Assembly (NCBI RefSeq): GCF_035594765.1
Contig: NC_085845.1
Span: forward strand, 29,506,024-29,570,023
DNA from: Anolis carolinensis
Taxonomy: Eukaryota
DNA length: 64,000 nt
Reading direction: 5' to 3'
Below, one piece after another: positions 22,321-34,462 of this stretch (its first letter is position 1; every line of letters starts with the position of its first letter). The notes beneath the pieces were generated by a model that did no database searches, was not told where the DNA came from, and worked only from the letters and a program-made list of their open reading frames with translations. The position numbers were made by a program, and so were the translations under genes.

Positions 22321-24062
22321 AAGAAAAGAAAAGAAAAAGTTGTACCCAACTCCTGGGCAGATAGCTGTCAAAGTACTATAAATAAATCAGTATGTTTGCA
22401 ATTCCAGTATGTCAGTTCTGTGGAGTGTTGTCTCAACTGACATCCTCTTTGTCCACTGAGAATAAAGCCTCTGATTTTGCCTTCAACTTGTCTGTGTCCC
22501 ATCTGACCTTCTGGAAGCTTGGCACACTGGGCCCCGAACCTGCAGTTCTTGCGTAAGCTAAAATCACATAACAAAACACTGTCTATGTCATATAGGGAGA
22601 AGAAGTCTGTACTAGGTGGAGCTGCAAAGGAGGTTGGGAAGAAAGTGCAGGACAGAGTCATGGCAGTTAATGTGGTATCAAAGCACTGAAACTGTGAAGT
22701 ATGTAGTATGCCCTGCCTTCTTGTCCAAATAGAAAGTAGTGAAAAAATATGTCAGAAAGAACCAAGAAAGAATCAAATGTGAACACATTTTATTTGAATT
22801 TATTGCTTGTAAATGCAATGCCTCCATCTTCAAATGTGAATTACCAACCTGGGTTTGGTTTGCTATGTTAGAATGATGGCTAGAAAGTGAGACAGCTACA
22901 GTGAAATTGTACAATTGTCTGTCTTGTCTGCATATAAGCAGCACTGAATGTTTGCCACATATGTATGTCCTGTGATCTACCCTGAGTCCCCTTTGGTGTG
23001 AGAAAGGCAGAATATAAATACTGTAAACAAATAATAAATAAGATAAATAGCATGAAAACTCCAGTCTTGGTATGGTACAGATTCAAAATGCAATGCATTT
23101 AGACTAAAAGTAAAGTGATTGCTCAAACAACATTTCTTTAATCAAGTGACAGCCCCAGTCTGAATACATTTATCACTATCAAGATTTGCAATCAGAAGTA
23201 GTCATCTATTTGGAAAGTTCAAGTGGGATGGAAAACTGCCTTACTTTCTCCCTATCCCTTTTGTGAATATATTTCACACACTGCCTGCAGCACTCTGAGA
23301 TCTATGTCTCCTAGGATATTGCATTACAAGCATGGCAAGTTTGATGACTCAGAATCCTCTAGTCGCCAAAATAGCAAGCTGTATATCTCTGATGCAGTTC
23401 TGCCTAAAGCATGCAACAAGTATGATGCTGCTGTCTAAGTACTGGAAAGGGATACCTCCAAAGTATTTAGTTTCCTCTCTAAGGAGACAGATGTTCATTG
23501 TGTTCCTTGAGAAATCACACTAATCTGGCTCCTATGACCGGTAGGCCACCTGCCAGGATTGTGTCACTGTCTAGTTCTAAACCAGATATTGTTGAGTTCC
23601 CTTCTACACTGGCATCTTGAAAACAACACCAGGAAGGGATTTCCTTTGTTTTTATGTATTCCTCCCCCCTTGCTTCCTCCCACACACAAACATTTTTTGA
23701 AACTGAGAGGATGTAAAAAGGTTTTGTACTGACATTTCAATCATGAAGCTTCAGTGATTTTATTGTCAGGCTAGATAACCTGCATCAGGACTGATTTACC
23801 CATGACACATGTTAGACAAGAGTGGTTCCCCAGGAGTCATGGTTTTCTTATTTTATCCTGCATATGTTTTTTCCAGCATAGCTTAATTTATGATTACTGG
23901 CATGGATTGTTGCATGACATGTTCAAATGTTGCTTAATTGAACTCTAGGCTAGCACAACTGCCATTTTGATAGATGCCTGAGGTCCAAAATGTATAAGAC
24001 AGAGTATTTCAATGTGTTACGCTTTATAATATGGTTTTAAAGTTATGTGCTTCAGCATTTTG

Positions 24063-24265
24063 CCAATGTGATGTTGTGGTTTGAGCATGGACTTTGGCTC
24101 TGGAGACCAAGGTTCAAATCCCTGCTTGGCCATAGAAATATATTGGGTGATTCTGAGCAAGTCACATTTTCTCAGCCTCAGAGAAAGGCAAAAGTAAAAC
24201 CCCTCAGAATAAAACTTGTCAAGAAAACTGTGTGATAGGCTTTGCAATAGGGTTGCCATAACCAC
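24063..24265 (+). mobile_element. tRNA-headed CORE-like SINE with RTE-type tail
   Basis: B-box GGTTCAAATCCC, MIR-like core GGGTGATTCTGAGCAAGTCAC...CTCAGCCTCAG, tail GGGTTGCCATAA. Confidence 0.7.
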
Positions 24266-24926
24266 AATCATGTTGTAAGATGCCCAGAAGGTGAAATCAC
24301 AAAGGGTGGCTTATGGATGATGAAATAAAGGCATGTATAAATAGACATTTTCATCACCTCTTGATACATTGCACAACCAGCATGAATAAAAAAACCACAT
24401 GTACTTTCCCTTGCCTGTTATCTATGTAGGACCTATCTTTGTTCCAGAGTTGCTGGAAGATAATGAAATGATATGAGCATATCATGCAAAGTATTGTTAA
24501 TCAACTTTGTTAATTTGACACTTGCTATTTCACTAAATGATTACATTCAAAACAATCTCAACAGCAGGCCACCTTGTCATGCGAGCTCACTGAATGACGT
24601 TTCATTTATATGCGAAGAGCTTTGAATATCAAATAATCACTTTGGAGGACCTAGAAATGCTTAGCAAAGTGTTCTCTCTAGGCCTCCAGTATGATTCTAT
24701 GTGATTCTGCTGGAGGCACACAGAGAACACTTCCCTAAACATTTTCTAGGACCTCCAGAATGATTCTATATTATGCTTCAGTCAGAAGCCCAAGACACTG
24801 TTAATTTGAAATAAGAAAAATAAGATTTCAGATTATATGAAAAATGTATTATGTGAAGGATTCTGGAATGGATCCCTCACATAAAGCATTGGGCTACTGT
24901 ATTTAGGATGTATCATCAGATCAGTG

Positions 24927-25247
24927 AAGCCCCCGGTGGCACAATAGGTTAAACCCTTGTGCCAGCCGAAAGGTTGGTGGTTGGAATTCGGAGAGCGGGG
25001 TGAGCTTCCATCTGTCAGCTCCAGCTTCCCATGTGGGGACATGAGAGAAGCTTCCCACAGGATGGTAAAACATCCAAGCATCCCCTGGGCAATGTCCTTG
25101 CAGATGGCCAATTCTCTCACAACAGAACTGACTTGCAGTTTAATAATAATAATAATTATTATTATTTATATACCGCTCTATCTTCCCAAAGGGACTCAGG
25201 GTTTCCACAGGTAACATAGTTTCTCAAGTCACTCCTGACACAAAAAA
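24927..25247 (+). mobile_element. tRNA-derived SINE (same family as 29053), interrupted by an inverted L2-type 3' fragment at about 25141-25215
   Basis: Collinear with 29053-29318; AGTTT is repeated on both sides of the insert. Confidence 0.8.
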
Positions 25248-25732
25248 TCAGCCCAATGTTTTGTAACCATCAGTAATTCCTAGAGGCATGGCAACCCAGT
25301 CTATTGGAGAGAAAAATAGAATCTTGTGCCTCTGAACAGACGCATTGTAACGCATTGTAACTCATTGTGTCTAAAGCATTGTTACAGTTAATGATTAGAC
25401 ACTAACCTATCTCCTCCTTTCTAACAGTAACATATGACCAACAAATACAGTATTTATTTTGCAAGACAAAAAGTCAGCGGCTTTTGCTATTAACTGTAAT
25501 TAGTTTCATGACTATTAATGAAATAAACCATTTGAGCTTCTACCACTCAAATGTTAATGAGAAATACAGGATGATGGCTTTGTAATGGGATCTAGATACA
25601 TTTATCACTGGTTCATTAGTTCAAATCTGTTTGCTATCTAGAGTGACCATGGATCCCTTTTGTCTGAAGGACATTGAAAGATATTTAAACTGCACATCTA
25701 GCTACTGTTGTCTACCTACTATTAAAATCATT

Positions 25733-25995
25733 TCACTGACTACCAATTAGTTTCCAGGCAAAGTACAAACTGTTGGTTATTAACTTTAAAGTCCTGCATG
25801 GTTTGCATTCAGTTACACCCTGCATATTCAGATCCTTTGGAAGATATCTACTTCAGCCTTCAAATTAGGCTGACTGTTAACCAAAGGACACTTTCATCAG
25901 TTGCCTTAAGACTATGGAATGCCCTGTCAGAAGAGATTCATCAGCTTGAGATGTGGTCAGTATTTAAATCAGCAAAATGACCAGTCTCTTGTGTG
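25733..25995 (+). mobile_element. Decayed L2 ORF2 C-terminal fragment
   Basis: H*LPISFQAKYKLLVINFKVLHG and RTLSSVALRLWNALSEEI resemble the L2 HWLP and RAFS..AP.LWN.LP motifs. Confidence 0.65.
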
Positions 25996-26078
25996 GGACA
26001 GATTACTTTGAAATAATGGTTCTTATAGTATCTACTCATGGTTTTTAATATGTATTGGTTATATTATGCTTTCTTAAC

Positions 26079-26388
26079 CAGTGGGTTAAACCGCTGAGCT
26101 TCTGAACTTGCTGACTGAAAGGTCAGCGGTTTGAATCCGGGGAGCAGGGGGAGCTCCCGCTTTCAGCCCCAGCTTCTGCCAACGTAGCAATTTGAAAACA
26201 TGTAAATGTGACTAGATTAATAGGTACCGCTTCGGCGGGAAGGTAATGGCGCTCCATGAAGTCATGTCAGCCATATTACCTTGGAGGTGTCTATGGACAA
26301 CGTCAGCTCTTCGGCTTAGAAATGGAGATGAGCACCAACTCCCAGAGTCAGACACGACTAGACTTAATGTTTACCTTTACCTAACCTA
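26079..26388 (+). mobile_element. Sauria-type SINE
   Basis: tRNA-like head, CAGAGTCAGACACGACT BovB-like 3' segment and (ACCTTT)n tail. Confidence 0.85.
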
Positions 26389-29052
26389 TCTTATGTGTTA
26401 TGTTTGCTGCTGTTCCTTTACCTCATTCCATAATAAGTACCATCATCATCATTATAGTTAAGCTTAATTTTTAAAGAATCATAAACCAAAATCATGATTT
26501 TGGCTATGAGTGTCTCCCCTTCAAGATCTACTCTCAGGCCCACTGCACATTCAATCACTTCATGGAAGATTCTTGTAACTGCTGAAACAAAAAGTGTGCC
26601 CATTTCTCCAGTTAGCTTTTCAAAATCTGATGTTGCTAAAAAAAAAACAAAAAACCCATCTATTTAGACCAGTGCTTCCCAGACTGAGTGATCTTGCCCT
26701 CTGGGGGAGCTGGAATGATCCAGAGGGGCAGTAATAGCCTGAGTTACAGTTGGGGGCCATATAATAAAAACAAAGCGGTGGTAGAAACATAAGAAGATTA
26801 TAACATTTTAAAAATCCATTCATACATGCTTCATCTGATGTGCAACACAGAGTTAAAGTTATAGTGATTACTTTATTTTCCAAATGAACACACAAAACGT
26901 AAATTATAACCATTCAGTAGTCAAGCCCACAGACAGGTCTCAACAAGCAAGCATTGCCAGGTTAGTGTACTGAGCATTGTTGGTAAGTCCAGCATGCACT
27001 GGCAGGAATATATTATTGTAATGACTGTTTAACAATATGATACTATAAATAGGCAATATAGGTAGAAATATAGATACATAAAAGAAGGCAAATTTATCAC
27101 TGAATCTTTATGTTTGTTTGCTTAAAGAAGGTAGATTTCCAGGGGAGCGCTGATTTTTTTTTTCTGAAAAGGGGGTAGCAGGCCAAATAAGTTTGGGAAC
27201 CTTTAATTTAGAGAGACCAAAAGGAAGACTAGAGTTAGGTAGAATAAGAAACATTGCAAGAAGGAACTTATTTCTTATATGTTTATTAACTGAGGTGTGC
27301 TTGTAAGTATGCATGATGCTAGAGCATTTCCTAGGATTTTTATCTGCAACCAATCACAGAATAGCATATGTACATGTGACCTTTCCAACTGACTTTACTG
27401 AGCAATAAATGTACATTTGATTGTTATTTTTCATAGTTTATATGCACTGTGCCCAAGAAGGCCATCGGTTGCAAGGAGACTGTGTTTACCAACATTCAAA
27501 CTTGAAAAATGTATCTGGTGAAACTGTAGTTGTCATGTTTATGCACCTGTTCAAACTGAAGCAAACAATACCGCTCTGGTTCTAAGCAAAGCATGAAAAA
27601 ATACTATGTGTTCAAACAAACTCTTAAGAGACAATAGAAATATAAAAATGTATAGCAACTTGCATCAACTGTAACTGTTGTAATTTAAAGCACAATGACA
27701 GCCCTTTACAACACTGAAACTGCAATTGTGTAACTTGCACAAGAAGAGACTTGCTTTTTGAATAATTATGTAGAGCATTGGATTATAAATCTACTGTATA
27801 ATTTCTCACCCATCTTGGAATCTTACTCAATAGGGATGGGAAAAAAATGAAAAATATGGAGGAAGGGCTGAGATTGCTGCTAATTGCATCCTTTCTGGAT
27901 TTTGCACTTTGCCCCTGGGCATTTTAATCTATTTTATTAATTGTCAAAAGGGCAGAGATGTTCACCTGGAGATGTTCTAGCTTTTTAACATCTACAATTT
28001 TCTTCTGAATGTTCTGCATGAAACACAATAAGAAGGCAGTGCTCACAGAGTACCTTCCAATGACATTCCTGAAATAACTGTGGAGAGGGAATAATGACTC
28101 TTCTCTTTACTTTATAGCTTCTCTTAATACAAGGTAAGCAGCTTTACGAGGCTTAGCTCATCTCTGCTTACCTAACTGCATATTTTCCTTCTATGACAAG
28201 CTACCCCGAACTATTTTCCCCAGGACAATATACTGTAGTTCCATACAAATTTTCTCTGGGGGAGGAAAGATGTGTATATGTTTTGCCACCTCATATCATT
28301 TTTAGCCACACCTTTATTTAATATAGGTGTGCCTCCCTTTCATACGTAAAAGCAAAGCAGCATTCCAACGAAGCTGCAAGGCATGTTGGCCGGTTGGGTA
28401 CTGGCATTCTGCTTACAACTGTTTTGTATTTTGCATGCCTTTTGATGAAAAACCATCAGGCGCAGACACAGCATCCAATTTCCGGGCGGCTGGCAGTGCA
28501 TCAGAATGAGGCAATCAGCACTGCTGTGTTTTCATAGGATCAACCTGTAACAGAAGAACACAGCCTGCATGGAGAGCACAAGGTCATCGGCTGAACAGAG
28601 CAATCCCACTGTGGGTGTATTTGAAATCAAAACAGAGCAACGTTTTGACATCCTGTGCACTGTTCAGAAGGAAAATGTTGTGAGTTTAGTGAGCTAGTGC
28701 TTGCCAGATGACATTTTTTGGATTAGTTTTATCCACAGGCAGGGCCAGTCCTAGCATTAGGCAGAGTCAGGCAACTGCTTCAATTGGCAGATCTTGGGGA
28801 CAGTAGTGGCAACTCCACAACCATTTTAACCCCTCCTGGTTACACCACATACATGTGTGCACCATATGTCTTGCGCCCATAATCTATCTTAGAATACATT
28901 CATCTATCGCGAGTGCACAGTTAAGATTCTATTGCAGATATAGTTTATTTATGTACATATGTGAAATTCATCACAGGGAACCATCTTTGCAACCCAAGCT
29001 TTTTGCTCTTTTTGCTCAGAAAGCAAAATGTCTTGGGTTCACCCTGTCAACA

Positions 29053-29318
29053 GGAGCCCTCTGTGGTGCAGTGGGTTAAACACTTGTGCCAGCAGGAGTC
29101 ATGACTGATAGGTTGCAGGTTCAAATCTGGGGAGAGAGGGTGAGCTCCCTCTGTCAGCTTCAGTTCCCCATGCGGGGACATGAGAGAAACTTCCCACAAG
29201 GATGGTAAAACATCAAACATCTGGGCGTCCCCTGGGCAACATCCTTGCAGATAGCCAGTTCTCTCACACTAGAAGCGACTTGCAGTTTCTCAAGTTGCTC
29301 CTGACACATTAAAAAAAA
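29053..29318 (+). mobile_element. Full-length tRNA-derived SINE with A-tail and 10-bp TSD
   Basis: A box TGGTGCAGTGGG, B box GGTTCAAATCT; CCTGTCAACA at 29043-29052 and 29319-29328. Confidence 0.88.
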
Positions 29319-29919
29319 CCTGTCAACAAGGCATATGATTATATTTTCAAGTGCCATGAAGAGTATTTTTGTGTCCTTGTGAGTATGTAAGTGTGCATGT
29401 GCACACCTATGGATCATACAGGTGGTGAGAAATACACTTTTTGGGCTACCTCCCCGCTATATTATGTTAGCTAGGAATTGCGGGGTTTATAATCCAAAAA
29501 TACCAATTTCTCAAATCAATTAGAGGATTCCTAGCACTACTATGCATATGCATGAGCACAGTACATATGGTTCTACAAGGCCTGAAGCATAACACAGTAT
29601 TGCAAATCCACTCTGACTCGCCAGTTTGAAGAATTTTGTCAAAAGGGGGTCATCCTGGCATTTTTTTTTATAAGAACATAGTGGCAGATATTGGCTGAAG
29701 GGAGACTAGAACAAGTAGTTGCAGTTCTTGAGTCTGTGAAAAAAAATCTACCATTGATAATGTAAACAAATCTCTTGAATTCCACACCCATATTACTAAC
29801 ATATAACACTCAAATTCATTTGAACAGCTTGGGAAAGATCCAAAGCATACAGATAATGAGAGGTCTGGATAACTAGAAGCATTTTAATTATCAGGTTTTA
29901 TAAATACAGTGTTGATGGT

Positions 29920-30140
29920 CACTGTGGTGTAGTGGCTTGAGTATTAGACTATGACTGTGAAGACCAGGGTTCAAATTCCTGCTTTGCGATAAGAATCCAC
30001 TGAGTGATCTTGGCTAAGTCACATTTTCTGAGTCTCAGAGCATGGAAGAGGTAAGTTCCCTCTGAACAAATGTGGTCAAGAAAACCTTATGAGGCGTTTG
30101 CAATAGAGTGGCCATAAATTGGGAACACAAGCACACAAGA
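29920..30140 (+). mobile_element. tRNA-headed CORE-like SINE
   Basis: Collinear with 24063-24265; B-box GGGTTCAAATTCC. Confidence 0.7.
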
Positions 30141-30396
30141 ACAGAAGTGTTTCTTCCCTCCCCATAGAACTATGCAGGAACACAATCTATCCAATGGAAT
30201 TGCTATGCTTTCCATCGTATGTAGTATCTTTGGGACTATTCGCAGAATTTTAAAAATGAAAATTGGAACTCATTACTTTCCTCCACGAGGTTTAGTAAAA
30301 CATGTATCAGATTGTTCTCTAAATGCAAAACATCTGTCTTAATTATGTGAAAGGGGGATTTTGCTTTGTAACCTAATTGGGAGGTACACATTATAC

Positions 30397-30709
30397 TAAG
30401 GTAAAGGTAAAGATTTCCCCTGACGTTAAGTCCAGTCATGTCTGACTCTGGGGGTTGGTGCTCATCTCCATTTGTAAGCCGAAGAGCCAGCGTTGTCCGT
30501 AGACACCTCCAAGGTCATGTGGCCAGCATGACTGCATGGGGCGCCGTTACCTATTGATCTACTCACATTGGCATGTTTTTGAACTGCTAGGTTGGCAGAA
30601 GCTGAAGCTAACAGCGGTCGCTCCCGCCGCTCCCAGGGTTTGAACCTGGGACCTTTCGGTCTACAAGTTTAGCAGCTCAGTGCTTTAACACACTTCACCA
30701 CCGGGGTTC
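30397..30709 (-). mobile_element. Sauria-type SINE with 10-bp TSD
   Basis: AAGGTAAAGGTAAAG tail; CACATTATAC at 30387-30396 and 30710-30719. Confidence 0.9.
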
Positions 30710-31838
30710 CACATTATACACTTAATTATAATTTCTTTTAAAAGGAGAACTAAGCACAAAGTGTGGGAAGATAGGGATCGACAAATAGAGGTCGAATCCC
30801 AATGAACTCCAGCAGGCCCTTGAATCACATCCACATGCAGTGAGGAGGCTGCTCTTTGCTATAGTACTGTGTAGTATCTCTCCACCAAAAAACCCTATGA
30901 GCATAACCTGGAACCAATTGGCTGAATTCAAAACGATTTTGCATAGTTGCTGCCCAGAAGGGATTCCTCCCTCCCTCTCCTCATAATGGTAATCTAATGC
31001 TCATGGGATTTTTAAGATAACTAAAATAAGCGTTGTTGATATACACACAGCTGCAGGCATTCCTTGAACTTTGTTTCCTCCAATGCACACCCCCATTTAG
31101 CTGGATGTTTTTTCTTCATCTCCTCTTTTAGAGGCTGGCCTGTCAGTGTTCCAGAGAAGTGAAAAACACTGACCTTTATCTAAAGAGCAATCTTTAATGA
31201 CATGCTCATGGTGCAGGCATTTGGGGAGAATTCAGCTTATTTCCAGACATTGTTTATTATAGTACATATTAATGTGCTGTATTTCTTCTATGTATGACCT
31301 TTTTTTTGGAAACCAATTTCAGCACCCTGGATAGTTCTTACAGACCATGTATATATAACTCCTGCAGTACTCAATACAAATTCACACAACCTCTTCTTCA
31401 AAATACATTGCAGTAGTTGCCTTGCACAACCCGGTCTAATTTTGATGCAAAAGACTGCTTTAGAGTGCAATTCTTTGCATGTTTATGCAGAAGTTACATT
31501 ACATTACATTACACATGGATTGTTCAATTAAGGAGGACAAGACCTTGAATATGCAAGACTGAGATGGATTATTGATGAACATAGCTGTCAGAGGTCTCTC
31601 ATTCATAGAGTTGCTAACTATGTATTTAACTTGATTACATGTGACAACAAATGTTCAGAAGTTCAGTTGGGGCTTATTCTTATGTATAGAATACCCCCCC
31701 CCCCAATCCATGGTTTCTGCATCTAGATATCCAATATACTGTGCTTTGAAAAAAAATTTTTACAAAAGGAAAACTTTGATTTTGCCATTTTATATACACC
31801 TACATATATCTAGGTATATATACACCTACATTATACAC

Positions 31839-32244
31839 CAGTGATTCTCCACCTGTGGGTCCCCAGATGTTTTGGCCTTCAACTCCCAAAAATTCTAACA
31901 GCTGGTGAACTGGCTGAGATTTCTGAGAGTTGTAGGTCAAAACACCTGGCGACCCACAGGTGGAGAACAACTGATTTAGGCCATCCTTTAGAAACCTTTC
32001 TTGATGATCCGTCTTTATATGAACCAGACCACACTCATATACAAATTCTATTCTCTTAAGAGTTGGAATTTCTGTCTCTACCTGGAAGATCTGTCACCCC
32101 ATCATGCCACACTGAACCAATTCTGAGTAGTATTATTCATTGTTTCCTCTCTTGAAAAATTAAGGATTTTGGCATATGCAGTGGCTGAGATTTCTGGGAG
32201 TTGTAGATCAAAACACCTGGGGATCCACAGGTTGAGAACCACCA
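31839..32244. mobile_element. hAT MITE, about 200 bp of unrelated DNA and a second MITE half, all inside a Tigger-like element (about 31690-32362)
   Basis: Palindromic MITE at 31839-31973, second right arm at about 32183-32244, outer flanks TTATACAC/ATATACAT. Confidence 0.65.
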
Positions 32245-34335
32245 ATATACATCATTTTAATACATCTACATAATCCAGTTTGATCACCAATGGATTTGGG
32301 TATTCATGAGAGGTGGGATGGTGTCCTAGAACCAAATGTAGTGGATAACGAGATCTCACTATAATTATATATATAAATATATAACTGCTGTTTGTTTCTT
32401 TAATCACTTATAAATATACATGTATAAACATGTATGCAAGCACAGCCATCCATCTACATTTGAAGATGAACCTTTGTATGGATTTGATCATTTGCATGTG
32501 GTGGAGAAGGAGATTGGAGGGGGAGGGGGAGAAGGGAGGGCACTGACTCAGGTGGGAAGATGAAAGGGATGGAGGAGCAGGATGAATGGAGACCCTTACA
32601 CCACCTGCCTGCCTTCCTCCTGCTCCCTGTGTTCTCTTTCCGCCTCCCACTCTTCCATTCACTTGGGTGGGAGGTGGGAGGAGATAATATAGGGATCAGG
32701 AGGAGGGAAAGCAAGTAGGTCTCCGGAGCAGATTCAGGGAGTGGGGCAGAGGAGTGGAGGATGAAACAGCCAGAGCAGGAGGGTGAGATGGTGGAAGGAA
32801 GTTCTTGGCTGGAAAACTATGGCAGTTGTACAGGTGGTACAGGACACCCACCTATCCTGCCAGGACAGATCCAAGTAATGTGTTCCAAATACACTTGTTC
32901 TTTTTGTTGCTCACAACACTTTTGAAGGTGACCTTCATTTAGGTCAAAATTCTTTAAGAATTGGGATACATAACTGAATAGGTCTTCCCCAAAAGAGAAC
33001 TAAATGTGAGACCTTTTTGAACGGGGACTGAATGAACTGAAAAAGAATGCTTAAGATCATGCAAAGGAAGAGGTTGGATAAACGACTAATTGTATTTGTC
33101 TCCACCTCTAGGAATCTTCTTGGTGTCATCTCTAGTAACTCTTCACCCCAGTAAGTGCCAGTGTGATTACAAAGTGTTTTGGAAGGAAAGGAAGAAAGCA
33201 GAAGTGACTATGAGTAGAAAGTGAAGATTCTAGAGAAATTGAAAATCATATGGTCACATTTGTCCTTTAGTCAACCATTTTGTCCTTTAGTCAACCATTA
33301 TTCTTAGAAAGGAGTGAAGAGAACAAGCATAACTTGGTACAAGGCAGCTTCATATGAAATAACGAAGGTTGGAAGGTTGTACTCATTACAGAGTGGTGAT
33401 ATGAAGCTAGGCCTCGCTGGTCAAAGTCTGATATACTATTCAGTACTTACCCTGGTATCTTTGCCTTTGACATACATACTGAGTACATAGATACCGTCTG
33501 AGGATTTGTAGCAACAGTCTCTCTCTATCCCAGGGAGCTGGCCAAACCCCTGGGTGTTTCTGAGAAATAATTATACAAGGTTGGAACTACAATGGAGTGG
33601 TACTGGCATGGGTCCCACTACAGTAGTAGTGATCTGCAAATGGCACTGACTTGTTCCAAGTTGGCTTCCCAAGAATGGGACATTTCCTGCTGCTACTGCC
33701 AACTTTTAATGATTTTCAAGCTTCCCTTCTGAGTACACTTTTTTTAAACCAGTCTTCCAAATAAACAAAGGCAAAAATATTTCAAAAATACATTGCATAT
33801 GAAAACTGAAGTATCGTTGGAAAAACTGTTGCCTACTTGAAGAGCCCTACAGTAGCAAAGAGCTTTGAAACCCTCAGACATTTTCCTCTGAAAAGTTTTA
33901 TATATTTATCCAGGACACATAAAACAGATTGGGCCAAATTAATTCATGGTTTAATCCAGATAGTGCCAAGTCAGACTAAGAGGTTTCAACACTGGATAAT
34001 AGTAGGCGTCCCTAAGTGCCAATCAGTCAAGGTATGTGTCACCTGAGTGTTTTCTAATGTTACACCAAATTATATATACATTATCATTGATTTAGAAATA
34101 TGAAAACCAGGCAACTATAAGAGAAACTGCGGTATAAGATCTTACTTGAGATTTTCTATAAAGCCACAAAAATGCTACTTGCTTCAGCATTAGAAAGATG
34201 AAAGTCTACCTTCTATTAATCACTGCATGGTGAACCCCAGACACATTCAACATTTCACTGTATCACACATACACATGAATTTCACATGGACACAGGTTTG
34301 TACATTTAGTCATCTTTTAAAAACATTTGTGAATA

Positions 34336-34462
34336 TGTGTTGTCGAAGGCTTTCATGGCCGGGATCACAGGGTTGTTGTATGTCTTTTGGGCTGTGTGGC
34401 CATGTTCCAGAAGTATTCTCTCCTGACGTTTCGCCCACATCTATGGCAGGCATCCTCAGAGG
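34336..34462 (-). mobile_element. Penelope-like element 3' end (single arm) with TSD
   Basis: Nearly identical to 5381-5510; TTGTGAATA at 34327-34335 and 34463-34471. Confidence 0.85.
34422..34462 (-). ncRNA. Minimal type I hammerhead ribozyme (sense to ELOVL6)
   Basis: Minus strand CCT-CTGAGGA-TGCCTGCCATAGATGTGGGC-GAAA-CGTC-AGG. Confidence 0.8.

Noticed and set aside
32500-32810. Purine-rich, G-run region as a promoter or exon
   Set aside because: Low complexity, few CpGs and no convincing splice or coding signal.
33259-33298. 20-bp tandem duplication (similar ones near 13734-13770 and 25341-25368)
   Set aside because: Real but ordinary slippage or repair duplications with no further structure.
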